Shown: positions 7,361-18,092 of the stretch, in pieces
How positions within the stretch are numbered: position 1 is the first letter of the stretch
Layout: each line of letters starts with the position of its first letter
From: Candidatus Saccharimonadota bacterium
Lineage (GTDB): Bacteria > Pseudomonadota > Gammaproteobacteria > Johnevansiales > Johnevansiaceae
Length of the DNA stretch: 32,000 nt
Direction of reading: 5' to 3'
Assembly: GCF_000300075.1 (NCBI RefSeq)
Contig: NC_018677.1
Span: 319,659-351,658, forward strand
Made by a program: the position numbers and the translations under genes
The notes under the pieces: model-generated
Databases searched by the model: none
What the model was told of the DNA's origin: nothing
What the model saw: only the letters and a program-made list of their open reading frames with translations

Positions 7361-8305
7361 TCAATTTTTAAAATAAAGAGGGTATTTGTTTTTACAATGA
7401 GAAACTAATATATCTCTATATTTTTTTGGTTCTTTATGTCTTAAATTATGAGTAACAGGAAAAATATTTTTAACTAATAAACGAGAAATCCAATATCTCA
7501 AAGCTGTTAACCGTAACATTTTTGGCAAAATATATACTTCTTCCTTTGTAAAAGGCCGTTCAAGAACATAATGATTTAATATTGCTTTATATTTATCTTC
7601 TAAAAGATTCCCATGTTGATCACTACACCAATCATTTATTAAAATTGCTAAATCAAAAATTAAATCCCCTGTACATCCATTGTAAAAATCTATTAACCCA
7701 CAAATATTGTTACCATTAAATAATGTATTGTCTCTAAACAAATCACCATGCAGAATACCTTGTGGTAAGTTTGTTACTATATGTTTTAATAAATAAATTT
7801 GATTAAACATTAACTCTTGATCTTCTTTAGTTAATAAAGATATTACTTTATAGTAATTTAAAACAATCCAATTAATATCTCTTAAATTTTGTTTTTTTAA
7901 TTTAAATTTATTAGAAATAGAATGTAATCTTCCCAAAGTTTTACCTATAATAGAACATTGTTCAATATTTTGTGTTCTTGGGTGTATACCATACAACTTA
8001 GGAAACAATAAAGCATGTTTACCAGATAACTTTTTTATTATTATATTATTTTTATCAATTAAAGGCATTGCTATTGGTAAACAATGTTCATAAAGAAATT
8101 TTAATAAGTCTATAAACCCCGTTAAATCCTTATAAGAACCTTGTTCAAATAAGGTTAATACAAACTTTTTAGTTTCTGTTTGAATAAAAAATGTTGAATT
8201 TTCTGTTCCTTGTTTTACTTCTTTAAATTTTATTTGTTTTTTTATATTAAAACTTTTTAAAAATAAACTTAATTTTTGTTTTTTTATTTTAGTAAATACA
8301 GCCAT
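7361..8305 (-). CDS. thrB: Homoserine kinase, type II (Pseudomonas-type ThrB, APH fold)
   Basis: 314 aa. MAVFTKI..., GTENSTFFIQTE..FVLTLFE, HGDLFRDNTLF...GLIDFYNGC, LAILINDWCS and LRYWISRL align along the whole length with my recollection of Pseudomonas ThrB. Confidence 0.9.
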   Translation of the reverse strand: MAVFTKIKKQKLSLFLKSFNIKKQIKFKEVKQGTENSTFFIQTETKKFVLTLFEQGSYKDLTGFIDLLKFLYEHCLPIAMPLIDKNNIIIKKLSGKHALLFPKLYGIHPRTQNIEQCSIIGKTLGRLHSISNKFKLKKQNLRDINWIVLNYYKVISLLTKEDQELMFNQIYLLKHIVTNLPQGILHGDLFRDNTLFNGNNICGLIDFYNGCTGDLIFDLAILINDWCSDQHGNLLEDKYKAILNHYVLERPFTKEEVYILPKMLRLTALRYWISRLLVKNIFPVTHNLRHKEPKKYRDILVSHCKNKYPLYFKN

Positions 8306-8312
8306 ATAATAT

Positions 8313-9356
8313 TTACTTTAATATATATTTAATCGTTTCTATTAAATAATTCATTTGTTGTATAGTTCCTATTGATATGCGTATATATTTTTTTATATTA
8401 TTAAAATATCTTAATAAAATACCATGATTGCGTAATTTAATAAACATTGTTTTTGCTGATATATTATTTGGTTTAACTAACATAAAATTAGCTTTAGACG
8501 GCAAAACAGTAAAACCAACATCTTTTAATTGCTTTGATAAAGTTTCACGTATATAAATAATATAATTACAAATTTTTTTTAAATACTTAATGTCTTTAAT
8601 TGCTTCAATAGCTATTAATTCACTAATAACATCAATAGGATATGAATTAAATGAATTTTTAACTTTTTCTAATCCTTTTATTAAATAAGTAGATCCTATA
8701 GCAAAACCAATTCTTATCCCAGCTAAACTATAAGCTTTTGATAAAGTGTTTACAATTAATAAATTTTTATATTTTTTTATCAGTGGTATTGCACTTTCAG
8801 AACCAAATTTTATATATGCTTCATCTATTAAAACTACATATTCATTATGTATATCAAGCAACTTGTTAACTTCTATATAAGAGATTGCATGACCTGTAGG
8901 TGTATTAGGATTAGCAAAGATTATACCTCCATTACTGATATTCATTTTCTTTAAATTTATTTCAAATTTGTTTTGCAATGGTATTGTTTTATATCTTATA
9001 TTATACAACTTACAGTAAACTGGGTAAAAACTATAAGTTATCGTTGGCATTAATAATGGTAATTTCTGACAAAAAAACGTCATAAAAGCTAACGCTAATA
9101 CTTCATCTGAGCCATTACCAATAAAGATTTGTTCAGATTTAACATTATATACTTTTGCAATAATTTTTCTAAGCTTACTAGTTGTTGGATCAGGATAAAG
9201 TCTTAATTTATAATAATTAAAATTTTTTAATAACTTATTTATTTTAGGAGTAGGAGGATAAGGATTTTCATTTGTATTTAATTTAATCATTTTTTTATAT
9301 GGTTGTTCACCAGGTGTATATGGATGTAATTTATTAATTTTATAACTCATTCTCAT
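8313..9356 (-). CDS. hisC: Histidinol-phosphate aminotransferase (class II aminotransferase)
   Basis: 347 aa. Motifs LNTNENPYPP, YPDP, GNGSDE, NPNTPTG, DEAY, and the PLP-lysine motif LSKAYSLAGIRIGFAIG. Confidence 0.85.
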   Translation of the reverse strand: MRMSYKINKLHPYTPGEQPYKKMIKLNTNENPYPPTPKINKLLKNFNYYKLRLYPDPTTSKLRKIIAKVYNVKSEQIFIGNGSDEVLALAFMTFFCQKLPLLMPTITYSFYPVYCKLYNIRYKTIPLQNKFEINLKKMNISNGGIIFANPNTPTGHAISYIEVNKLLDIHNEYVVLIDEAYIKFGSESAIPLIKKYKNLLIVNTLSKAYSLAGIRIGFAIGSTYLIKGLEKVKNSFNSYPIDVISELIAIEAIKDIKYLKKICNYIIYIRETLSKQLKDVGFTVLPSKANFMLVKPNNISAKTMFIKLRNHGILLRYFNNIKKYIRISIGTIQQMNYLIETIKYILK

Positions 9357-9367
9357 TTTATGTTACC

Positions 9368-10141
9368 TTAAAATCTAACAGAAATTCCTTTTTTTGCCAT
9401 ATATTTTTTAGCTTTATCAATTGTATATTCACCAAAATGAAATATACTAGCTGCTAAAACAGCATCTGCTTTACCTGTTTTTATGCCTTCAACAAAATGA
9501 TCTAAATTACCAACTCCTCCTGAAGCTATAATTGGTACGTTAACTCTTTGACTAATAGTTTTAATAAGATTAATATCAAAGCCTCTTTTAGTTCCATCTC
9601 TATCAATGCTAGTAATTAATAATTCACCTGCTCCATATTTAACCATTTTACAGGCCCAATCTATTGCACTAATACCACTATTTTTTCTGCCTCCATAAGT
9701 TAAAACTTCCCAATCTTCTTTTATATTTTTATTTGTTTTTCGTTTGGCATCTATAGCTACTACTATGCATTGACTCCCAAATTTATCAGATGCTTCACGC
9801 ACTATTTTTGGATTTAATACAGCAGCAGTATTTATTGAAATTTTATCAGCTCCTGCATTCAGTAATTCTCTAATGTTCTTACAAGTTTTTATTCCGCCTC
9901 CTACAGTTAATGGTATAAAAATTTCATTTGCTATTTTCTTAACTACTTCTATAGTATTATTTTTTCCACTATAACTTGCTTTTATATCTAATAATGCGAT
10001 TTCATCTGCCTTTTGTTCGTTATAAAACTTAGCAATTTTTAAAGGATCGCCTGCATAACGAGTGTTTTCAAACTTTATACCTTTTACTACTTTTCCACAA
10101 TCAATATCCAAGCATGGAATTATACGTTTAGACAAGCTCAT
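9368..10141 (-). CDS. hisF: Imidazole glycerol phosphate synthase cyclase subunit HisF
   Basis: 257 aa. [18 protein letters not shown]...[20 protein letters not shown], the [10 protein letters not shown] region, ASGG.G. Confidence 0.95.
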   Translation of the reverse strand: MSLSKRIIPCLDIDCGKVVKGIKFENTRYAGDPLKIAKFYNEQKADEIALLDIKASYSGKNNTIEVVKKIANEIFIPLTVGGGIKTCKNIRELLNAGADKISINTAAVLNPKIVREASDKFGSQCIVVAIDAKRKTNKNIKEDWEVLTYGGRKNSGISAIDWACKMVKYGAGELLITSIDRDGTKRGFDINLIKTISQRVNVPIIASGGVGNLDHFVEGIKTGKADAVLAASIFHFGEYTIDKAKKYMAKKGISVRF

Positions 10142-10170
10142 ATAAAATAAAACCTATTTTTTTTATTATT

Positions 10171-10887
10171 TTAAATTAATAGTGCTTTATATAAATCTAT
10201 TTTACCTTCATAAAAAGCACGACCTATAATAGTTCCTAATATAAAAGTGTTTTTATTTGTTTTTAAATTTACTATATCAAATACATTATTTAATCCCCCT
10301 GACGCAATTATTGGTATTTTGGCGAAATTAGCTAATTTAATTGTTTTTTTTAGATTTAATCCTTGCATCATACCATCTCTAGAAATGTCTGTATATATTA
10401 TTGAGCTGATACCACAATTAGAAACGTTTTTTGCTAACTCTGTAGATTTTATATTTGCTATTTTTTTCCAACCATCTATAGCAACATATCCCTTATATGA
10501 ATCTATACTTAAAATAATATGTTTACCAAATTTTTTACATAGATTATATAATCTATGTGGTTTTTTTATTGCTAATGTACCTATGATTACATATTTTATA
10601 CCAACATCTAAATATTTTTTTATTGTGGCACTATTTCTAATACCCCCACCTATTTGTAAAATCAAATTAGGATAATGTTTAATAAGTTTGTTTATAATAT
10701 ATTTATTTACTGGCTCTCCTAAAACCGCACCATTTAAATCTATTACATGCAATCTTTTTATACCTATTTTTACAAATCTTTGTACAACTTTTAAAGGATC
10801 ACCATAATCTGTAGTTTTATACATACGTCCTTGTTTTAATCTTACACATTTACCATTTTTTAAATCTATAGCCGGTATTATTAGCAT
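10171..10887 (-). CDS. hisA: ProFAR isomerase HisA
   Basis: 238 aa. MLIIPAIDLKNGKCVRLKQG, H.IDLNGA, QIGGGIR, YTDISRDGMMQG, ASGG. Confidence 0.95.
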   Translation of the reverse strand: MLIIPAIDLKNGKCVRLKQGRMYKTTDYGDPLKVVQRFVKIGIKRLHVIDLNGAVLGEPVNKYIINKLIKHYPNLILQIGGGIRNSATIKKYLDVGIKYVIIGTLAIKKPHRLYNLCKKFGKHIILSIDSYKGYVAIDGWKKIANIKSTELAKNVSNCGISSIIYTDISRDGMMQGLNLKKTIKLANFAKIPIIASGGLNNVFDIVNLKTNKNTFILGTIIGRAFYEGKIDLYKALLI

Positions 10888-11885
10888 TACTTATCTCTTT
10901 TTTCCATATTTTTCTTAATAACATACCTATTAGAAACTTTTTCTCTCTAATATTGAGTTTACAATACATACTGCTTGACCTTCTTTTACTCTAACTTTCT
11001 TTTACCAATATTTTTTTTCATACACACAACCCTTTTTCCTACTTCTACAACTAGTCTTTCTTCTAACAAATACACTAACAATATTCAACCATTTTTATAC
11101 CCCTACAACCACCACCACCAATACCAACACTTATTTTTACATCCTTTTACCGTTTATATACCCCTTTTACACCAATACCAACCCTTAACTATTACCTCCT
11201 AACCGCTAACCGCAAACACCAACCACTTAACATATATTCTTTTTAACCAAAACTATTAACAACTATCCTCAAACCTATACCTATACGCTTTTTACAATAC
11301 AAGCATTACAACCATCTTTGAATCCTATTCTTTTACCACGAACTAAACAGCTTTAAGACCTATTAACTAAACATATATTGTACCGCCTACTTTTCCTCAT
11401 ACAGCATATTACCTTGTTTTTTTTGTTTTACATTATACAGCCCTTACCACGAACTAACTAGCTAACAAAAATATAATAACTAATAACATACAGCTTAGTT
11501 TAACATCATACATTTCCTCTTAAACACTTCAATTAAAGCACATAACAAATTAGCCACAATTAAACAGAAATCAAATACTATAAAACACAAATCTAATACT
11601 ATAAAACAAGCACATCTGCTAACAACAAACCCACAACACATTTAATCCATTGATCATAAATATAGAAGCATAAACAACAAAACATCAAACCAAAAATCAC
11701 ACAACCCATAAATAAAAACATTATTATCAACAAAACAACATTTAGCCATTACAATTTTCCTATTTTTTTTTAATAATACATAAACAAACTAACAAAATAC
11801 TAAAGACATAAACAACACAAAAACCTTTTTTATTGTCCTTTTTCTTTCATTTAACACCTTTTTCAGCAAACACAATTTCTTTTGC

Positions 11886-11976
11886 CTAACAGCTAACAGC
11901 TAACAGCTAACAGCAAACAGCAAACAGCTAACAGCTAACAGCTAACAACTAACAACTAACAACTAACAACTAACAA
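11886..11976. repeat. Heptamer ladder CTAACAGx4, CAAACAGx2, CTAACAGx2, CTAACAAx5
   Basis: Thirteen contiguous 7-mers. Neighbouring blocks differ by one base. Confidence 0.95.
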
Positions 11977-12702
11977 GCAAATGTTTTTACATACAATATC
12001 TTCTTTTAGTATATATATTCTTTTTTTTATATAACTCCTTTCTGCTTACTGTAAACATTTATCAGCATACACATAACATCTTAATATCTTCCCATTAACA
12101 CCTCTTAACATTTAGATCTATATCTTAACCTTTACTACTTTTTTTTCACTTACTATATAACCTTCTACTTACTTTTCTATAATACTTTAGCCTTACTGCC
12201 TATACCTTACAATCTTTAGCATTCCACCATTCTCTTATACTTTTATATAACCTTTCACCTTTTACCTTTATGAACCTACCTTTAGCCTTATCTTCCTGTT
12301 ACCACAGAACCTGCTACAGCAAATACACACCACTTTTTTATTCTACTATCTTCATATAACACTGTTTCCATAACCAATATTTATTAATTATCTTATTAAA
12401 GATTTATACAACTTTTGTTATTAACCAAAATTAAACAATAACTTTTAAACTATTTTCTAAAAACTTAACAAACAATTACTTAGCAAAAAAAAAACACACA
12501 AATTTAACATAAAAACTAATTTGATATAAAAACTGTTTGATAACAACAATAAACAACAATAGCAAATAATTTTAATAACAAAATATATTTAAAAACAATA
12601 AACAAGAACAATTTTTTTTTTAATCAAAACAAGTAAACACCAAGCCACATCTTTAAACTTTTAACACTTAACTACAAATCAAATCACAAAACCTCTAATA
12701 AC

Positions 12703-12789
12703 TAACTACACAAAAACATAAAACACAGCACGTAATATCTAATTACTAACATAACTTTTTAAATTAACTACACAAAAACATAAAACACA
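12703..12789. repeat. 25-bp exact direct repeat pair, 62-bp period
   Basis: TAACTACACAAAAACATAAAACACA occurs at 12703-12727 and at 12765-12789. Confidence 0.9.
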
Positions 12790-13166
12790 TATCTTAACAC
12801 ATAATAACATAAACACAAATATCTAAAGAATATAATTTACTTTTAATTTTTTATTTAGTACATATAACACTTTATACATATCTTATATAAACCTAACATT
12901 AAGCCTACTGCAATTAATATAAGATACCTGTTGTAATAGAATAGACCAACTTTTTACATTACTATTAATAATATAACAACTAATGTACTAACAACATACA
13001 GAGTTTAAGAAGCTAAAAATAAAACAAAAAGTTTAGAATATAGTAAACAGCAGATAAATAAAGCATAATAATTTTGAAGCATAAGTTCAATTAACTTAAT
13101 ACAAAAAAATTAAAAAGATAAAAAGTAACATAATTAGTATTAAACTACAGATTATATTGTTGAACT

Positions 13167-13787
13167 TTAAGGCAACCAATTAATAAAATTCTTTAAAAAT
13201 TTTAGTCCTAAAGATGAACTTTTTTCAGGATGAAATTGAACCGTTATTACTGAATTATAATATGTAATAACATTAGCACATTTTCCACCATATTCCGTAA
13301 CACCCAACACATTATTTTTAAACCTTGTTTTTACATAAAAGCTATGCACAAAATAAAATCTTGATCCGCTCTTTATTCCATTCCAAATTTGATGTTCTTT
13401 GTGTTTATAGACGATATTCCATCCTGTATGTGGAATTTTAAAGTTTTTATTTTTATAGTTTTTAACTATACCTTTAATATAATTAATACCAAAAACACCT
13501 TTGTTTTCTTCACTCGATTCCATTAACAAATGTTGGCCAATACAAATTCCTAACACTGGTTTGTTTGTTGTATTAATTATTTCTTTTAATAACCAATATA
13601 GTTCTTTTTTTTTTAGTTCTTTTATACAATCTTTTATAGCGCCTTGACCTGGTAGTATTATGCGATTAGAAAGTTTTATTTTTTTAGCATCATTAGTAAT
13701 ATAAACCTTTTCCTTCGTAACTTTTTTTATTGCATTTGCTACAGAATATAAATTACCAATTCCATAATCAATAATTATTATTGCCAT
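13167..13787 (-). CDS. hisH: Imidazole glycerol phosphate synthase glutaminase subunit HisH
   Basis: 206 aa. IIDYGIGNLYSV, LPGQGA, catalytic-Cys motif GICIGQHLL, HTGWN, YFVHSF, QFHPEKS. Confidence 0.95.
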   Translation of the reverse strand: MAIIIIDYGIGNLYSVANAIKKVTKEKVYITNDAKKIKLSNRIILPGQGAIKDCIKELKKKELYWLLKEIINTTNKPVLGICIGQHLLMESSEENKGVFGINYIKGIVKNYKNKNFKIPHTGWNIVYKHKEHQIWNGIKSGSRFYFVHSFYVKTRFKNNVLGVTEYGGKCANVITYYNSVITVQFHPEKSSSLGLKFLKNFINWLP

Positions 13788-13798
13788 AATATATACTT

Positions 13799-14386
13799 TT
13801 ATAACGTACCTTTGGTTGAATATAACTTGTTAGTTATACGTTTATCTTTTGTAATGGCCTTTCGTATAGAAATACCAAAAGATTTAAATATACTTTCTAT
13901 TTGATGATGTGAATTAAATCCCTTTAAAATATCTATATGTAGTGTACTTTTGCAATTGTTAACCCAACCTTTGAAAAATTCTCTAAAAAGATCAAACTTA
14001 CCTACTTTAGTCATATGTAATGATGGTCTGCCTGATAAATCAATAACTACACGTGATAAAGATTCGTCCATAGGTACATAAGAACACCCATATCTTTTAA
14101 TGCCAATTTTTTTACCTAACGCTTTTTTAAACGCTTTACCCATTGCTATTCCTATATCTTCTATAGTATGATGATGATCTATATGTGAATATACGTTTGT
14201 TTTTATAGTTAAATCTATTTGTCCATTATTTGTTATTTGATCTAACATATGTTCTAATAATTCTATTCCACATTTTATATTTATTTTACCTTGACCATCT
14301 AAATTCACATATACCCTAATTTTTGTTTCCTTTGTTTCTCGATATATATTTGCAGTCCGATATTTTTTTTTCTTATTAACAGACAT
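13799..14386 (-). CDS. hisB: Imidazoleglycerol-phosphate dehydratase (monofunctional HisB)
   Basis: 195 aa. RETKETKI.V..NLDG.G, IDHHHTIEDIGIAMG, HHQIESIFKSFG. Confidence 0.95.
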   Translation of the reverse strand: MSVNKKKKYRTANIYRETKETKIRVYVNLDGQGKINIKCGIELLEHMLDQITNNGQIDLTIKTNVYSHIDHHHTIEDIGIAMGKAFKKALGKKIGIKRYGCSYVPMDESLSRVVIDLSGRPSLHMTKVGKFDLFREFFKGWVNNCKSTLHIDILKGFNSHHQIESIFKSFGISIRKAITKDKRITNKLYSTKGTL

Positions 14387-14446
14387 ACCCTTCCCTATTC
14401 TATTCTTGTTTTTTTTTTTTATAATTTTATAATTATATCTTCTTTT

Positions 14447-14519
<73 letters not shown>

Positions 14520-14552
14520 CTTTTTTCTTCTCATACTTTTTTTCTTTTTTTT

Positions 14553-14623
14553 TGGGGTATAGCCAAGTGGTAAGGCACCGGTTTTTGGTATCGGCATCCC
14601 AGGTTCAACTCCTGGTACCCCAG
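14553..14623 (+). tRNA. tRNA-Gln (anticodon UUG)
   Basis: 71 nt. TGGGGTA...TACCCCA acceptor stem, anticodon arm CCGGT-TTTTGGT-ATCGG, T arm CCAGG-TTCAACT-CCTGG. Closely parallels E. coli tRNA-Gln (UGGGGUAUCGCCAAG..GGUAAGGCACCGG...). Confidence 0.85.
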
Positions 14624-14629
14624 TATACA

Positions 14630-14702
14630 GCCGATATAGCTCATTTGGTAGAGTATCTGATTTGTAATCAGGTGGTATCAGGTTCGAGTCCTGATATCGG
14701 CA
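14630..14702 (+). tRNA. tRNA-Thr (anticodon UGU)
   Basis: 73 nt. Acceptor GCCGATA/TATCGGC, D arm GCTC-ATTTGGTA-GAGT, anticodon arm TCTGA-TTTGTAA-TCAGG, T arm TCAGG-TTCGAGT-CCTGA. Confidence 0.9.
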
Positions 14703-14718
14703 TTTAAGTAGAGGGAAG

Positions 14719-15088
14719 TGGAGGCGGCGGGGATCGAACCCGCGTCCATAAAATATAAAATGATTAAGTTTCTACATGTTAAGCTTCATCTTTATAATAC
14801 TTGTTAAAAAACCTGATGAGCAAGATTAATTAAGGTAAGTCTTAGTAAAGGTTAACGTTCAATAGTAAAGACAGTAATGAACGATATACTACTCTTTATA
14901 GCTCTTGATTCATTAATTATGGAATAGTAAACATAAAGTTATGAATTTGAATTATGCAGCTAAGCTATAATTCTGAGCACAACTTGTATTTTTGGAATAT
15001 AATAAATATTAACTTTTGATTAACGAGAGAAGAAAAATCTCGACATGCTCTTAAAAATTTTTATTTATGTCGAATCCATAACGCCCCC
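14719..15088 (-). ncRNA. ssrA: tmRNA (SsrA), one-piece, about 370 nt
   Basis: On the minus strand the 5' end is GGGGGCGTTATGGATTCGAC...GAGCATGTCGAG. The 3' end is GGACGCGGGTTCGATCCCCGCCGCCTCCA, a tRNA-Ala-like T arm and acceptor with a G3:U pair. The internal tag ORF GCT CAG AAT TAT AGC TTA GCT GCA TAA (plus-strand coordinates 14952-14978) gives (A)QNYSLAA. CCA is not encoded. Confidence 0.9.
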
Positions 15089-15297
15089 AGTAATATTATA
15101 CTAATTAAACTTATTATCTATGTCAAATCAAACAAAACATTGTTTATATAGTCGCTGTGTTTATATTTGTTAGTTTTTTTGTTTGTTAATATCTTTTGTT
15201 TAAAGATAATTAATGTTTGTTAATTAGAAAAGAAAATGTGTGTGTTATATAAAAGGAAAAGAATGGTCTATATAATAGAAAGAAAAAAGTTTAGAAT

Positions 15298-16227
15298 ATG
15301 AAAACGATAAAGTGTCTTTTAAGCATCAGGAAGGGACTGCGACTAGATAAAACATCAAGAAAGCTTTTTTATATTACTAGAGAAAAAATAAAAACATTTA
15401 TAAAAAAAAAAATAAGATTAGACGGTTTCACAGTTAAGCAAAATATATTTTTAAAAAAATTCAAATGGATAAGCCTAATACATTATACGAAGTTGTATAT
15501 TGTTGAACGAGTGTTTGAACCTGATTATTTTTACAAAAATTATGAAAATAACGAAATACTGGTTATAAATAAAAGATTTGGTTTAGTTGTACACCCTTCT
15601 AAAAGTAATATTAAAGGAACTTTAGTTAATGCAATTTTGTCTTATAAAAAGACCGACTTTATAAACTTACCAAGAGCAGGTTTGGTACATCGTATTGATA
15701 AAGATACGAGTGGGCTAGTAATAATAGCTAAGAACTTAGTATCATATAGAGACCTTAAAACAAAAATAAAAGAAAAAAGCATTATTCGAGAATATGATGT
15801 CGTTGTCCTAGGTCAACTTGATATAGGCGGTTATATAAATTCCCAAATAGGTCGAAATATAAAATATAGAAAGAAAAAAAATATAGTTAATGATGAAGGG
15901 AAAATAGCGATAACACATTTTAGAGTACTTGAAAGGTTTAATACACATACATACCTACGTTGTTGGTTAGAAACAGGACGTACTCATCAAATAAGAGTTC
16001 ACATGCAATCTATAAGTCGTGCTGTAATAGGTGATGAATTGTACTTAAATAACAAAATATTGCCTAATCTTAATATTAGGCAAGCTTTACATGCTCATTG
16101 TTTAATTTTAAAACATCCTTCAAAACAAATATATATTAAATTGTTAGCTAAATTGCCAAAAGATATGACACTTTTATTAGCTCTATTGAGGACAAATAAA
16201 ATACACACCATAAGCCATACTTTATAA
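15298..16227 (+). CDS. rluD: RluA-family 23S rRNA pseudouridine synthase (RluD-like, with N-terminal S4 domain)
   Basis: 309 aa. Catalytic motif HRIDKDTSGL, GRTHQIRVHM, LHAH.L. The N-terminal RLDK... region is S4-like. Confidence 0.8.
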   Translation: MKTIKCLLSIRKGLRLDKTSRKLFYITREKIKTFIKKKIRLDGFTVKQNIFLKKFKWISLIHYTKLYIVERVFEPDYFYKNYENNEILVINKRFGLVVHPSKSNIKGTLVNAILSYKKTDFINLPRAGLVHRIDKDTSGLVIIAKNLVSYRDLKTKIKEKSIIREYDVVVLGQLDIGGYINSQIGRNIKYRKKKNIVNDEGKIAITHFRVLERFNTHTYLRCWLETGRTHQIRVHMQSISRAVIGDELYLNNKILPNLNIRQALHAHCLILKHPSKQIYIKLLAKLPKDMTLLLALLRTNKIHTISHTL

Positions 16228-16590
16228 AAGTTATATAATTTCATTTTTTCTGGTTTTTTCATTTTTTTAGATTCTGTTACTATATTTTGATTAACTGTAT
16301 ATTGTTAGATTTTTATTACAGTATTGTCATTATATGTTGTTATTTATGGAAATGTGTGAAAGTTGTTTAAAGATAGTGATTTGTATAAGTTGTGCGTAGT
16401 GGAATGGTTAGGGAAGTTAAAATCTGTATGCACATGTTAATCAACTCTGTATCATTATTTTGTGTAATTGTTTTATTATTTAAATTAGAAACTAAATAGC
16501 ACATTTATATCATCTTTTGTATTGATGTAATTGTTGTAACGGTGTGTTTGTTTTTATTTTTTTTAATTCGTATTGTTTTGATAGACCTTT

Positions 16591-17235
16591 TTATAAATGA
16601 AATAGTACTATTAACATATTCTGGAAACCTGTAATAATAAATTGTACTCCCATAGAAATCAATATAAATCCCATAATACGAGAAATAGCATCAATACCAG
16701 AAGGTCCAATTCTTTTAAATATCTTATTCGCACTTAACAAACAAATTAAAAACATTAATGTAAACAACGCTGTAACAGACCATATTACAAAATGTATCAA
16801 ACATGAAGAAGGCAAACTTGAAGATGAACTAATAATCAAAGCAATTGTGCCAGGACCAGCTGTTCCTGGTAAAGCAAGTGGAACAAACGATATGTTGAGG
16901 TGTGATTGTTGTAAATGATTTTTTTCTGTAATCTGTTTCTTTTCGGTAACATTAAACAACAAGTCAAATCCAAAATATAACAAAATTATGCCTCCAGCTA
17001 ACCGTAGTGCATTTATAGAGACACCAAATGCATTTAGTATATTTTTTCCTGCATAAAAACAAACAAGAATAATAATACCAACATATAAAGTAGCAAAATA
17101 GATTTGTTTTTTTCGTTCCTTTGCTTTAATTTTCTTTCCTAAAGTCAACAATAAGGTCGTGCTTGCAATAGGGTTAGCAACAGGTAATAATGTTATAAAA
17201 AAAAATAGAACTGAATGTATATATTCTATAAACAT
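16591..17235 (-). CDS. MarC family (UPF0056) integral membrane protein
   Basis: 214 aa. LPVANPI, NISFVPLALPGTAGPGTIALIISSSS and GIDAISRIMGFILISMGVQFIITGF align nearly residue for residue with my recollection of E. coli MarC. Confidence 0.85.
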   Translation of the reverse strand: MFIEYIHSVLFFFITLLPVANPIASTTLLLTLGKKIKAKERKKQIYFATLYVGIIILVCFYAGKNILNAFGVSINALRLAGGIILLYFGFDLLFNVTEKKQITEKNHLQQSHLNISFVPLALPGTAGPGTIALIISSSSSLPSSCLIHFVIWSVTALFTLMFLICLLSANKIFKRIGPSGIDAISRIMGFILISMGVQFIITGFQNMLIVLFHL

Positions 17236-17696
17236 TGTTTTTTCAAATCCTTGTTTTTTTTTTTGACTGTACTTTATGTTGTATTTTATATTTATTTTGT
17301 TTGTGATCCTTTTTTGTCCTTATGTTTTATAATTAATACATTTGTTTTTAGCTTTTTGATATTTATGTACTTTTCTGCCTTTTTTTGTTTTTTGCTCTCA
17401 CTTCATGCTTAACAGTTACTGTGCTTAGCTCAATGCTTCATATAAACTTTGTATTTATGTATTTAGAGATTAAAATATGTGTTTGTTGTTAGATGAGAAA
17501 TGTAATTTAGTAAAAAGTTGAGTGTTGTTAGAGGTTGAATAAATGAGTGTTTAGATTGTAGAATTAGATTGTTGTTAAAAGTATTAAGTTTTAAGATAAA
17601 AGATTAAAGTTTTGAGAAAGTAGATTGTAGATTATAGATTAGAGTGTTTAGTTTAGATTAAAGTTTTTATGTTTAGAGGTTATATTAAAATGTTTA

Positions 17697-17746
<50 letters not shown>

Positions 17747-18092
17747 GTTTTTTATTTTGTGGTTAGAGGTTATTTTGGTATTTTGTGTTTATCTTATTTT
17801 GCTGATAGTTGTTATAATGTTGTTTGTTGCTTAAAAGTTTTTAGAATTTATGTTTTAGAGGTTGTTATTCTAACATATAATTTGTATTATCACTATTTAG
17901 TTTAAGTTTGTACATTTTTTGTTTTTTTGTTTTTTTGTTAGATGTTGATTTTTATGTTGTTAGATGTTAATAAATTAATGGTTTATTTAGTGTTTGTTAG
18001 ATGTTTATTTGTTAGTTGAGAAGAGGTTGTAGTTTAGAGTTTTATTTTTAAGAGGTGTTTGTTAGAGGTTGGTTAAAAGATTAAATATTAAA

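Noticed and set aside
7352-7363. Possible UGA recoding, since the thrB TGA stop is in frame with the downstream permease ATG
   Set aside because: ThrB ends at the expected length relative to homologues. rpsP also ends in TGA at its normal length. All conserved genes are complete under the standard code. The rimM remnant contains TAA and TAG as well as TGA.
10975-11202. 75-aa plus-strand ORF in the hisH-hisA spacer, and similar ORFs at 17215-17412 and 17717-17905
   Set aside because: A G-free strand can only form TAA stops, and a T/G-rich strand gives F/V/L/C-rich strings. These are low-complexity translations with non-ATG or context-free starts and no homology signal that I can recognise.
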